This document shows positions 49,327 to 61,659 of a DNA stretch of 64,000 bases, one piece after another. A program made the position numbers and the translations under genes. How positions within the stretch are numbered: position 1 is the stretch's first letter; each line of letters begins with the position of its first letter. Origin of the DNA: Takakia lepidozioides (Eukaryota; Plantae; Bryophyta). The DNA is taken from contig CM060733.1 in NCBI GenBank assembly GCA_030704615.1, positions 6,448,001 to 6,512,000 on the forward strand, read 5' to 3'. The notes beneath the pieces are model-generated. The model worked only from the letters and a program-made list of their open reading frames with translations. It was not told the DNA's origin and searched no databases.

Positions 49327-52300
49327 ATGGGGAGTATGAGGATGGAGGTGGAGGAAGCAGGGCAGTGTGCAGGAGCGCTGGGGCAGCCGCCAGTGTTGGA
49401 GCCAGATGTGCCCTTCAACCCGTTCAGCAATGACAGCCCCTTCGAGGGCATCTATGAAATTCTCAGAACGCTGGTCATGCTACCCGTCTTTGTGATTCGT
49501 GTGGTTGTGTGGATCACCTCGCTCTTGTTGGGCTTCTACTTCACCAAGCTTGCACTCTTTGGTGCTCAGGACGTGCTAACCAAGCCGTTTCCACTTTGGC
49601 GCCGCGGATTGCTTTTGCCTGTCCGCTTCTGTGCGCGGGTGCTCCTTTTTTCTTGTGGTTTTCATTGGATTCATATAAAGGGCCGGCCAGCTCCACGACA
49701 TGAAGCTCCCATTCTTGTCAGCAATCATGTTACATTTGCAGACCCTGTGTTCATTTTTTTCAGACATCTACCGGTAATAGTGACAGCACAGGAGAATTTG
49801 AATATGCCCGTGGCTGGCGCCATCATGAAAGCGATGCAGGTGATTGCTGTTAACCGCGTGTCACAGGAGTCGCGACGCAATGCATCTGGGGAGATAAAGA
49901 GGCGGGCAATGTGCAACGACTGGAGCCATGTGATGATATTTCCAGAGGCTACCACCACGAATGGTAAAGGGCTGGTAGCATTTAAAGCAGGTGCCTTCAC
50001 GCCTGGCTATGCTGTGCAGCCCATGGTGATTCGCTATCCCCATGTGCACCTGGATCCATCCTGGGTAGCGCAGGGGCCTGTTGTATACCTGCTTCTCTTC
50101 CGCCTCATGACTCAGTTTCATAACTTTATGGAGGTGAAATCTTGCATCCTCCATCTGACTGTGTTGAAATTCAGTACCTGCCAGCCGAAGATTTTCTGAT
50201 CCTGTGCTTGTGAGATATTATGCTGCTAGCAAAGATCATATCTTCTTCTTTTTCTGTGTGATCATAAATTAGAATTTTTGACTTTTGGCCTCAATATGCC
50301 TTCTCTTTGTTCTGTTTCCTGAGGCAGCTTTGTGAATTTACTAGCCAAGCCATTGGTTGTAAGCTAGCATCCATGAGTTTTTAGCCCTAGAAGCACTTTG
50401 AGGGAAATGTTGAGCTTTCAGGAAACAGCTATATATGCCAGACATGCTCATGTCCTCTCCTCCCTCCCACAAGATAGATATACAGACCTCGTCCCTTTTT
50501 TTTGAGAAAGCCAAATGATGGAAAATTACTGAGAGAGGTTGGGAAAGGAGAGTGGTGACCTAGTTGGTACTCCAGGTGACCACCTCAATGGTGCATTTGG
50601 GAAAGTGAATCTTTGAAATGTTGGGTGGTACCGTAACATCCGGTTACTCTGTCTGGAACTGAAGTCCGTGGGAGAAGAGTATACTGAAGGGAAGATCCTG
50701 AAGAGACAATGTGATTATTATGTGGCAACTGTTTCAAACCCTAATCTAAAGATAGTTGGCTAGTGTGCAAATGGTAAATGTCTCACTGAATTGTAGAGTT
50801 GGTTGGAAAATATGCAGGTGGAGTACTTGCCCATCATACAGCCCAGTTTAGCAGAGCAGAGGAATCCACGGGCATTTGCAGAGAGGGTGCGCATCACCAT
50901 GGCTCGAGCACTTAATGTGATGGTTACGCAGCACAGCTATGAGGATGCATCATTGGCGATGGAGGCGGTCAAGGCCAAAGTCGACAGCGGAGCTGCCATC
51001 CTCGAGTTTGGCAAATTTGAAAAATTATTTCGACTCACTATGAAGGATGCAAAGCACTATTTCTCAAAATTTCAAGCCATTGATTGCACAAAAAGGTAGG
51101 TTCCGTGTCAGGAGTGCCATGCTGCAATGGGATGATGATGTAGAAGGCAGAACTGGTTACTTGTCTGTCCCATGGTCATGCACCTCTTCATTCCAATTTT
51201 AGATTGGTCAGTGTCTAACTTTATCTTACATTTGCTTTTGAATTCCCTTCATTTAGTTGTTTGCTAAAATGATGTGTTCCAGTGCTGTTGCATATACTTC
51301 GTCGAACTGTAAAAAGTTGGACAAGACCAGATATTGGTCAAGTCTAGATTTTGACATTGGGTTGTGCCCTTATATTGGATGTGTGTTGTGGTTAGAAGGT
51401 GAATTGGATGTTTGTTGTATGGTGTGTAGGGGTTTTGTCACTTATCAGGAGTTCACGACAGCTCTGGACTTGCCAAATTGTGCGGTTCTTGAGCAGGTCT
51501 TCCGGTACTTTGACCGTCCAAATCGAGGTTTTATCAATTTCCGTCAGGTGCCCTTCCCAACCACTGCTTTGTGTTTTGGGATGTTGACCACACTTCACTT
51601 TGGTTCTGATCTGTGACTGCATATTTTCTTACCCTCGCTAGCAGAATCAGACATATGCTGAGCCAGTGGAATGAATTTGTATGGGAGGTTAGGGCAGTAT
51701 GCAGCAGGATTGGCATTTATAGCCAAACACAAAAGATTTAAGGAGGTAATTGAAGCCACCTTCAGATTCTGTGATGGGGATGAAGATGGGCTGCTGGATA
51801 AAGCTGAGGCACTTAGCAGCTTCCGAGAAGTCATTCCTTCCATCACAAACCAGCAGGTTTGCATCTATCTGTTTTGCTGTCTGCATCTCTCTTTCTCTCA
51901 CTCTCAGGGAGGAAACTAATTGTCTGCGGTAGAGCAGTTAATTGGTGGACTAATGAGATTAAACTCAAGATAGCTGAGGGACGAGCCCTCTATAAAGAGT
52001 GCTGCAATTTGGAAACCAACAGAGAATTGTGGGTGAGGTACTACCAGCTCCGTAAAGATATCAATCAGCTTGTTAGGTCTCAGAAGAAATTATACTGGGA
52101 CAAGTTATACAGTGAAATAAACTCAACCAACCATGGTGGTAATGACAAGAAATTCTGGTTGGCCCTTCAACGTTTGTACAAGCCGAAAAACGGTCAGCAA
52201 GTACAAGCGCTGAAGACTACTAAAGGTGCAGTGGTGACTTCATCGGTTGACATTGTCAAAACCATTGAAACTCACTACAGTATCCTTGGCAGAACTTCTA

Positions 52301-55300
52301 GGTCTAACAGTGAGGGGTCTTCTGCTGAATGGAGGGACACAGTTGGTAAAACTGTTCCTATGATTCAAAACAGCCCTGATGAACTGGAGTATACTTCAAT
52401 GGCTTATAATGCTCCCATTAGTTCTTCTGAGATTGTGGAAGCAATTGAACATTTAAATGGATATAAAGCTGGTGGACCTGATGGTATTGTCAACGAGCTT
52501 ATCAAGCACGGTGGCGATCCCATGATAGAGGCCCTAGTTCTCCTCTTTAACCTTATCTGGAAGACTGAAATGATCCCCTTTCGCTGGCGACAGGGGGTCA
52601 TTGTCAATCTATACAAGACGGGTGACAGAGAAGAACCGGGGAACTACCGTGGCATCACGCTCCTCAATGCTGTTGGCAAGACATTCTGCAGAGTTATAAG
52701 TACTCGTCTCGAGGTTGATCTGGAGACTAGAGGTTGTTTCCACGAAGGCCAAGCTGGCTTTCGGCGAAACAGGGGCTGTGTGGATCATATCTTCACTCTA
52801 AGCCAGATTATCCAGGGAAGGAAAAAAGAAGGGAAACCCACTTATGTCTTTTTCCTGGATGTCAAAAAGGCTTATGACACAGTGTGGAGAGATGGCCTAT
52901 GGTTCCACCTCTGGTCTTGTGGGATCAAGGGAAAGATGTGGAGAGTTGTCCACAACTTGTATGCTCACACCAAAAGCTGTGTCACTGTTAACGGACAGAA
53001 GTCCAACTTCTTTGACATAGACCAAGGTGTAGCTCAAGGATGTACTCTCTCCCCTCTGCTCTCTCACCAAAGAGACCTCTCTTCAAATCTATTAAGGGAA
53101 TTGTGCCTGTACCCCTGTTTACCAACTTTGAAAGTCTCGAGGCTGAGCCAAAAGCCCAGGCCCTCCTGAGGCCTAGTTTTTGGGCAAATCACACACAGCA
53201 GATTGATGCTTGTGTGAAGGGATTTCTGGATATCTGGAAAACCCGGATTAATTCTTTATATGGAGGTAAGTCTTACTACCAACGTCAGCCCCTGACAGAG
53301 GTAGGTTCTGTCCCTTTTGTTCCCGCTCAAACTGGGCGCGGGGTCAATGGCCACAAGGCTACGGCAAACAACGTCTTATGAGTACAATCTCTCCCCTCTG
53401 CTCTTCAATGTTTTCATCAATCAACTCCTCGAGGATGTGGAAAGTGAGGGACTTGGGTTAAGGGTGGGTGATACCACCATACCAGCCCTTATGTTTGCGG
53501 ATGACTTCGCAGGCATAGGGGAGACTCCAACCAATCTCCAGGAGTTGATTGATTGCGCGAAGAGATACTTTGATCTTTGGGGGCTAGAGGCTAATGTCAG
53601 CAAATGTGCAGTGGTAGCATTCAACGACAGAGGAGAGGGAGGAAGTGATCTTAAGTGGCAGTGGGGTAGCCAAGAGATCCCGGTCCTCCCTTCCTACACT
53701 TACCTGGGCGTTGAGTTCTCCTCCAATTGTAATTGGGATGCACATATCCGGAAAGTTGTTCAAACTGGCAAGGGCAAAGCTCTGGGGCTCACTAAATTTT
53801 TCCACTGCAGAGGGGTCAACTCTGAGGTTAAGAAAACCATGCTTTGTCGCATTATTAGACCTGCCTTGGAGTACAGATCTGCTATAAGGGTTGATAACTC
53901 CAACCAGGCTAAGTCTCTAGAATCCATTCAAATGGGGGTGCTTAAGGAGTGTATGTCAGCATGCTCCAAAACAGCCAATGTGGCTGTTCGGGGTGAGTTT
54001 GGCATTCCGTCCTTCAGCTCCCGACGAGATGAATTCAAGGTCAGATGGTGGGGTCAGCTGCAACATATGCCCAACACCAGATATCCTAAGTTAATCGACT
54101 CTATATCTTGGAAACAGGACCGCCCTGTCAAACAGGCTAAGTCCTGGCAGAAGAGAGTAGAAGAGATCCTCAAGGACCTGGACCTGGATCCGCAAGTCTT
54201 GACCCTGCTGGATAAATCTGACTTAGAGGCTGTAGTGTCCTCAGCCATGTCTGTTGCCATGAGATTGTCTGATGAAAATGAAGTTAGGCAGAAAACTTCC
54301 CTGAACTTGTTTCCAGTCTGTGACATGGGGGAGGACATCTTGGATGACCTCAAGGGTCTACCCACTCTCGGCACTAGACTGAAATTTAAACTCAGGGCAG
54401 GAAGCCTACCTTTGAACAGCAAACAGAAGCAGAGAGGAAAGGGAGAGTGCAATTGCCCGTTGTGTGGGCAATCTGAAGACAGTATTCATTTTCTGATACA
54501 CTGTCCGGGGTTCTCTCACCAAAGAGACGCTCTCTTCAAATCTATTAAGGGAATTGTGCCTGTACCCCTGTTTACCCACTTTGAAAGTCTCGAGGCTGAG
54601 CCAAAAGCCCAGGCCCTCCTGAGGCCTAGTTTTTGGGCAAATCACACACAGCAGATTGATGCTTGTGTGAAGGGATTTCTAGAGGATATCTGGAAAACCC
54701 GGATTAATTCTTTATATGGAGGTAAGTCTTACTACCAATGTCAGCCCCTGACAGAGGTAGGTTCTGTCCCTTTTGTTCCCGCTCAAACTGGGCGCGGAGT
54801 CAATGGCCACAAGGCTACGGCAAACAACGTCTTATGAGTACAATCTCACCTCCCTATGGCGCAGGGTCTATAGCCAGAAGGCTACGGCAAACGAAGTCTT
54901 ACGAGTACATTCTCTCTCTCACCTTGTCTTAACCAGCTACTGGTGGGTATGTAGAAAGTTAGATTTTTTAGGTGGAAAACTGAGACTCCGTCCGTGCAGT
55001 GCAACTAGTACAGCCTATTGTTCTAGTGACCCTCTATGCGTTCTGTAGTTGTGTTGTGTGGTCTTCCCTCGCTGAATATTGGGATGGATTTTGGAAAACT
55101 TGAATGCTGGCTGTGGACTGGTGTTACTGCTAGTAACATTTATACATCATTGTTTGTGGAAAGTCAGATATTTTAGGTAGAAAACTGAGACTCGTCCGTG
55201 GAGTGCAATTGGTACAGCCTTATGTTCTACTGACCCCTGTGCGTTCTGTAGTTGTGTTGTGTGTTGTGTACTCTTCCCTACTGAATGTCGGGATGGATTT

Positions 55301-55690
55301 TGAAAAACTTGACTGCTCTCTGTGGACTAGTGTCACTCCTAGTAACAATTGTACATCGGTGTGCATTTCTTACCTGTTGCTCAGTTCTATACCCAGCTTG
55401 CTCCCTTCTATGAGTATGAAGCAAGAAGTTCCTGCCAAACTGTGGATGTACATCTGATGGCAAGTCATGTAACACACTCTCTGTATGAATGGGTATTGTG
55501 GCAGGTTCAATTACTGTTTGACAAATTGGATGCCAAGAAGGCAGGAGTGATAAGCAGGCCAGATTTTACACACTTCCTCGAGGGAAACCCAGACTACTTA
55601 GCTGTCTTTCTCATTTCGAGGCCAGATTTATTATCAAGCTCTATAAAGGAGGTTGACAAGGAATTTCTAAACATGAATGGAAGATTATAG
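49327..55690 (+). CDS. LPEAT2: Lysophospholipid acyltransferase with EF-hands (LPEAT2-like); exons 49327-50133, 50818-51095, 51430-51547, 51698-51856, 55505-55690
   Basis: Acyltransferase motifs NHVTFAD and FPEATTTNG; EF-hand-like loops DRPNRGFINFRQ, DGDEDGLLDKAE and DAKKAGVISRPD; GT-AG junctions in frame. Confidence 0.9.
51904..54920 (+). mobile_element. 5'-truncated LINE (RTE/RTEX-like RT with C-terminal CCHC) in LPEAT2 intron 4
   Basis: KAGGPDGI, NYRGITLL, QAGFR, FLDVKKAYD, QGCTLSPLL, FADD, YTYLG and CPLC..EDSIHFLIHC. No endonuclease domain. CT-rich flanks. Confidence 0.92.
53060..53390 (+). mobile_element. ~330-bp 3'-end copy of the same LINE inserted into its own RT region
   Basis: Near-identical to 54513-54847 and flanked by the direct repeat TCTCTCCCCTCTGCTCT (53046-53062 and 53388-53404). 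Confidence 0.9.
54950..55360 (+). repeat. ~200-bp diverged tandem duplication in LPEAT2 intron 4
   Basis: GAAAG..AGAT.TTTTAGGT.GAAAACTGAGACT...TAGTAACA.TT.TACATC occurs at ~54950-55148 and ~55156-55357. Confidence 0.8.
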
Positions 55691-57176
55691 ATTGATTCTA
55701 AACAATTTGGTTGGAGGTAGTTTGAGGATCTAGTGGGCTCACATTGGAGTGTTGTTGCCATACAACCATGGCTCTGTGAATACGTCGTGAAGTTTTATCG
55801 ATACCTGTCATAAAAATATTGCATTATTTTGGATTGTTGAGTTTTTGGAACACGCATTGGTTGTAGCAAAGAAGTTCAGGCTCCTTTCTTTCGGAAAGAG
55901 AACAACCTTGACAGAATTTATGCTTCAGCTGCCCTACATGGGGGTGGAGCAGTGCGGTGGGGGTTGAGCTACTTGATTTGAAGTGGGACAGCAAATAGTT
56001 GAGAGGCGTGCAAGAAAGTCAAGATTGTGACTGAAGCTTCACACCTGCATATTGATTGGTGTGTAGATTCGGTGGGGAGCTGGTGGGGTTGTGGTACTGG
56101 GTTTGAAGCCGTGTGTGGATTAATTGTGACAGTAAAGTGTCTGTGTTGATTTTGTCACAACTGAGTTTGAGAGGCGGGCTATGAACCTGAAAGATAGTGC
56201 TGAAACTTTACACTAGGTGTTGTATTTGTTGGTGCCTGAGTACTTTGATTTGTTAGTTTGATCTTTGCATTGCATTGGACCTCTACTTTGGTTATGGAGA
56301 GATTTGTCCACTTTGCTCTGGCACCACCTGGCAACAGCCTAACCAATGTAGGAAGGACACAACTTCCTTGAACAGAGACAGTAGCAGGTACTGCCATGGC
56401 CACGCCCATGGAGGTAGGATCACTGTAACCCTGCTAGAAGAGCTTGCTGACTATAAGTTCTGCTGAAGGCCTTCACTTAATGCGGTTAAAGATCTGCAAA
56501 GTTATCTGAAAGCTACCCCACAATGACAGCCTCTGCACTTGAGTTTCCTGATTTTGAATGCCATCCCCTCTCCTCTGTAGCCTGACCAGGGAGACTAAAT
56601 CCCACGAATTGCAGGGATTTAAGCCACCAATGACTCAGATGATGAGCTTTTAGTGAAACGAGCAATGTGAGAAGTTTCTTGACGTAACAAGTTTCCTTGT
56701 CTGCAAACTTCTAGGTGCTTTCAGGCCCTCCATGATCTTTGAGACCTTGAGCCTATGGACAATAGGAAATCCGGATGGATGCCTGAAATGTCTGATGGAA
56801 AAGTGATACCTACAGCATTGGACTTCAAACAATCACACTGAGAGGGCGATGGGCCCAGTCCCAGTGTTCTCAATTCTTTGCAGATTTGCAAAATGTAAAC
56901 AGTGTATTGTAGATTCACTTCAACGTTGATCTATGATCTATGCAAATCAGCTTGGGTCCTATACTGGACATGCAATTCAACATCAAAATCATTCTGGGCC
57001 AGGTGGGTCCCAGCCGAATAAGGAGGCGGGGTGCAATAAGTGGAAGCCATAGTTGCCTGACAAGTTTCTTCTTTCAAACAGAACACTGCACGGCTTTCAT
57101 ACTCTTCCTCTCAGGCAGAAGACAGGACGCACACTTCTTAACGCGGTGGAGCTTCTGCGACTGGTCTGTGCTGAGC

Positions 57177-59355
57177 ATGGCGCCTCGTGGGTGCTTCTCT
57201 GCAGTGCTTCTGCGTTGCGGCGCTTGCATACTGTGCTGGGCATTGCTCATGTACGGTGTGAATGCTGACGATGGTGAATATCTGTCCCACTCTACCTCCT
57301 CCCCTTTCTTATTTGATTTATGACTTGGAAGTATTGGTGATGGTGGGTGGCCCTCTCTTCCTCCTGCTGGAGCTCGTACTTGAGAGATGTGATCTTGCTT
57401 CCCTCCTCGTTTTCTCGCATTACTTCCCTTTCCTAGCTCTCCTCTGGCTCGTGGTTCTTCTCTTTTTCACCCATTTATGCTCATTTCAAGACGCATCACA
57501 ACCCATAAAAAAGAGGAATGTCTATGGAGTCGGTGCTAATATGGGTGATAGTACTCTGTGACTGATGCGACTTTTGGCGAATTTTATCTCAGTAGGTGTG
57601 ATAGCACAATCTGTGTTGAGTCTTATAGCTTCAACTAACCTCTGAGTTTTTGTAACTCATCAGCTGAAGGCTTGCAAATGTGACATCTCAAAGGTGGATT
57701 TCAAAATAAATTGAGAGAGGGATCCTGTTACACTCTGCATGCGTTTTGGAGCGTGGTTCTAGTTCCACATAAGGAAGATCTGGAACCAGGCCCATAGCTG
57801 TATGCATCTGAAATTTGAGCGTTGAACTATTCTATTGGGCGTGCCAAGGCTTCCATTGGCACAATGATGGAATGGTTTTGACGGATTTTCAATCGTAGTT
57901 GGCCATCTTCAATATGGAATAGGGTCGGACCTAGGAGAGTATCAGGGTGTGGAGACAAAGTCATGCTGGGGTGAAGTGTCCTGTCATCAGAGTAATCATA
58001 TCTATCTGACATACAACCAGCCCCCTTCTTGGGATCCACCAAACCAAGAGGACTAGCTCTATACTAACATTCTGTTATGGTGAAAAGCTGCTGTTCAGCA
58101 TTAATCTGTTGCTATACCTGACCATGTTGGGTCATCTGTGTTTGCATCCTATTACCATAGTAATTTCAAAAGAAGAAAAAATAAAGGACACTAAGGAGAG
58201 CTATAAGAAATGGAAATGCATTAATATTTTCTGCATTTCAGGGTGAGTGTTTAAATTTCTGGAAACAGGAATGTCTCTGGAATCATTGTTGGGATGCTGT
58301 TTGCATTGCTCACTTTTTGCTATGGTAGCCAGTGGATGATATTCAAAGTTTCCGTAGAACCCATCTACATTTGCATAGAACATGTAACAGGAGGAGTTCT
58401 GGTGATCCTCGGAGGTATGTTGGAATTGCATTATTTCTTACTGGAGCGCTCTTCATGTGTGGGATGGAGATATATAGTATGGAGTCCTTGATAAGGATTA
58501 ATTTTTTTTAAGTAGGGTTCAGTTAAAAAGAACCAGGATTGTTTGTACCTGAGAGACATCGTGTACTGAGAATCAGGAGCTAAGTGAGGTTATATCCTTC
58601 TGCTTTATGTTTTGCTATGTAGGCTGCCATCTGCTATTGGTCTCAGAGAAAAAGCATGAATGAACTATAGAAGGGCTGTGGGCAGGCAGTCTCTGCAGCC
58701 TGTCATGTCTGATATTATATGCCCCAGATTGTGTGGTCAGCTACGTTGAGGAGAAAGAAAGGATCATTAATTGGAAGGAGGGGAAGTGAATGCAGGGACT
58801 CAAGCAGTTCTAGACAACGTCAACAAATACAGGGGACAGAACCAGTTGCCAGAGCTGACATCCAATGATGGTGCAGCCTGTGTTGCAGGCCAAGTGGCCT
58901 TGCAGTACAAGGGCCAGTCCTGCACTAACACCACGGGTGCCAATACAGTGCCAGGCACAGAATCAGATTTTTCCAACTACCCTGCAATGTTGGCTGCCTG
59001 CAACCTGGCAATAACAGACACCAAAGATGGTGCCATCCTACCTGATTGTATTCCAGCTGGAATAGATGCTTCAAGTGCCCCACTTGTAGCTGCATCCAAC
59101 ATCACAAAGTCGGAAATGTATCAAGAGTACTTGAATAGCACACAGTACACATCTGCAGGAGTGGGATCAGTAGATAATGTGTGGTATGTTTTGGTTCTGG
59201 CCACAAACTCAACTGGTGGCAATTTCCTGAATGAAAATCCTAATCCATCAGATTTGAATAGTGCCGCATCGTCACAGGGTGTTTCTCTTGCTTTCACTGC
59301 TTTCTTAGCAGTCATAGCTTTATGTAAATCTGTGTCTGATCTTGGACTCCCGTAA
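57177..59355 (+). CDS. Uncharacterised GPI-anchored secreted protein (At3g06035/At5g19250-like); exons 57177-57273 and 58796-59355
   Basis: Signal-peptide exon with a phase-1 intron; LDNVNKYR..L..NDGAACVA..VA.QYKGQSCTNTTGANTVPGTE, YLNSTQYTSAGVGS..WYVLVLATN; hydrophobic C-terminal GPI signal. Confidence 0.85.
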
Positions 59356-60115
59356 AGGTTCAAGCTCTCCAATTGTTTTTGTTTAGTAACTTCTTTGCGC
59401 TTTCAATAGAATTGATTGTGCCTTGAGTCATTCATCATTGAAAGAAAGCCCTTGGTCACCTCTCACCAAGATTCTCAGTTTTCCAGACACTCTTGTCTCA
59501 GTGTGCATGTGTGTGAGTCCATTTTTCCTTTTGCAATTAGTGCATTTGCTTATGTGCTATCAATGCTCATGCCACCAAGCTTGAGGCCCAGAGCTGTGTA
59601 GACCTTTAGGGAGTGTCATTCATAAACTCATGTGCGACCATTACAAGGTATGCGCGACAATGGTGGAGTGTATGGAAATGAGCAGGTTTGATGTACCTAC
59701 AGCAATGGTGCAGGGACTTATGTAGAATGGGGAGGAGGCATGAATATGTGTTGCCATATACTCCCCTGCTAACTAAAATTGTATAGTTGGTACAAAGATT
59801 GATAATTGTCTTCTGAAAATTGAATGTTCTTCACTATCTAGTCCCTAAACCACATACACCCTTTTACACGATATGCGATACATGGATGGCTGGTACACCA
59901 AGGCAAATTGTTGACAACATGCTCTTCATTTACTACACTGCACAGGCTGTTGGGAAATTTGAATGTTGCACAGCAGCTTCAAGGTGGATAGGCCCTTGCA
60001 ACAGATGGGTTGACAGTTACAGCGCGACTCTCAAAAAAAGGTGGCCAAGCTTTGAAGCTTCTGTTTCTTACACCCCTATGAAAGAGGTATCACCCAATGT
60101 TGAGAGGTTATTTAA

Positions 60116-60747
60116 CCCCTAAACGCCCGCCGGCCCAAAACGGGCCATTTTCTGGGCTCAAACAGGTCTGCCAGTCGCAGATTTTGGCCGATTTTGGTTT
60201 ATTTTGTTGGGTGCACTGCGTGTCCACGGCAGGATGGTCCATGCGAGAGCGATTGCCCAGATCAGGATGGACGGCAGAAATCTAGGGCTTTTTTTGGCGG
60301 GATTCTGATTGCGGCTGCTCCCGCCTCTTTGTTTTCCTGTGCATAGCTCACAAAAGAGTATCTCACACCCCGTGCATTTTGACCAAGTCCCTGCACCTGC
60401 CATGGGCTCCAATTCTGGTGATTTTGGGCTTGTTGGAACAAGGGAGACGAGAGGAACACCTTTTGGGGTACAGCAGGCCGAGCCAATGCCATCCCGACAT
60501 GCAAAATCTTGCAAATCTCCATTTTTTTATTTTGTTTTTGCAAAAGTTCCCAAGAATGGCAACGGTGGGGTTTTCGCAGCATTTGTCTGATTGGCTCGAA
60601 ATTTGGGCAGGACCTGCCAGGGGTAGGTCGTAACATATTTTCCGGTTGTTTTTTGCAGATGCACTTTTTTCAAAAAATTATGCTCCTTTTCCTGGCTGGG
60701 GGTCAAATATTTGGGAAAAGTCAACGGAGGCCAGCGGGCGTTTAGGG
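60116..60747. mobile_element. piggyBac-like MITE (TTAA TSD, CCC-initiated TIR)
   Basis: TTAA|CCCCTAAACGCCCGCCGGCC ... GGCCAGCGGGCGTTTAGGG|TTAA, with TTAA at 60112-60115 and 60748-60751. No coding capacity. Confidence 0.75.
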
Positions 60748-60759
60748 TTAATCTTGTCT

Positions 60760-61345
60760 CTAATAACAGTTGGTTATCTATCCGGTTATATATATATATA
60801 TAACTGCAGGAGATGAAAATTTGAATAACCAGTCCCGTTAGGAACCGATAGAGTGTAGGCATACAAATAACCGGTTACTATTGGGACCGGCGGAGGCCAA
60901 AATTTTAAAAATTGATGTAGACAACCGGTTGGGTATTTTTTAAGTGCACGGTTATGAAAAATAAAAATAAAAATGAGTGGTCTAATATATGAATATATAT
61001 ATTGGGTCTAGTAACCTAAGGTTATGAGTGGTGGTTCTGAGGTGTGAGTCCTTGGCTAAATTTGTGAATGAGCTTGCATATTTTGAAGCACATTGAAACA
61101 TTATGATAGGACATTGTATTTTTTGAAATCCCCATGGATGAAACCCATTCATTTAGTAATTTTAGATGCATGTGTATATCTAAAATATATCTACAGGCCG
61201 GCTCTATTGTACCAATGCAGGCTTGAAAATATATTTATGAAATTTCAGCTATAATTCTATATTTCTTTTTAAATAAATATACATAACCGGTTGTATAACC
61301 CTCAGTTATAGCGAAAATGATAACCGGATTTATGGATACCCGGCC
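60760..61345. repeat. AT-rich non-autonomous TE-like segment with repeated ATAACCGG/CCGGTTAT motifs
   Basis: (T)AACCGG motifs cluster at both ends (60770-60930 and 61280-61345). Termini were not resolved. Confidence 0.4.
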
Positions 61346-61659
61346 AAAAAAACATGTCACTCTTAACCCTTAAGTTCCCAAGCGACCTGAATCGGGTCAC
61401 TTTGAATTTGCAGTTCGACCTAATTTTTGCAGATCTAATCTGATGGGCCCCACTCCTAAAGCTTTAATGACAAGGGATTTGTCTTGAGTATGATGCAAAC
61501 AAAAAAAATTAAAAACAAACAAAAGCTACGACCTACAAAAAAATGCCTCTCATTTTAAGATAATAGGGTCTTCAATGGGCACGTGCGATGTGGTCGGTAG
61601 GCCCCGCGCACGGACACCCAGCTCCCCCACCCCGCCCCGCCCACGCCCCCGTCCGCCGC

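Noticed and set aside
31435-55690. SH3P2, ROCK1, VPS45 and LPEAT2 as a functional endomembrane gene cluster
   Set aside because: These are ordinary housekeeping genes, and adjacency (including head-to-head VPS45/LPEAT2) is not evidence of co-regulation without synteny or expression data.
60116-60123. CCCTAAA as an interstitial telomere
   Set aside because: It is a single unit at each end, forming part of the TIR.
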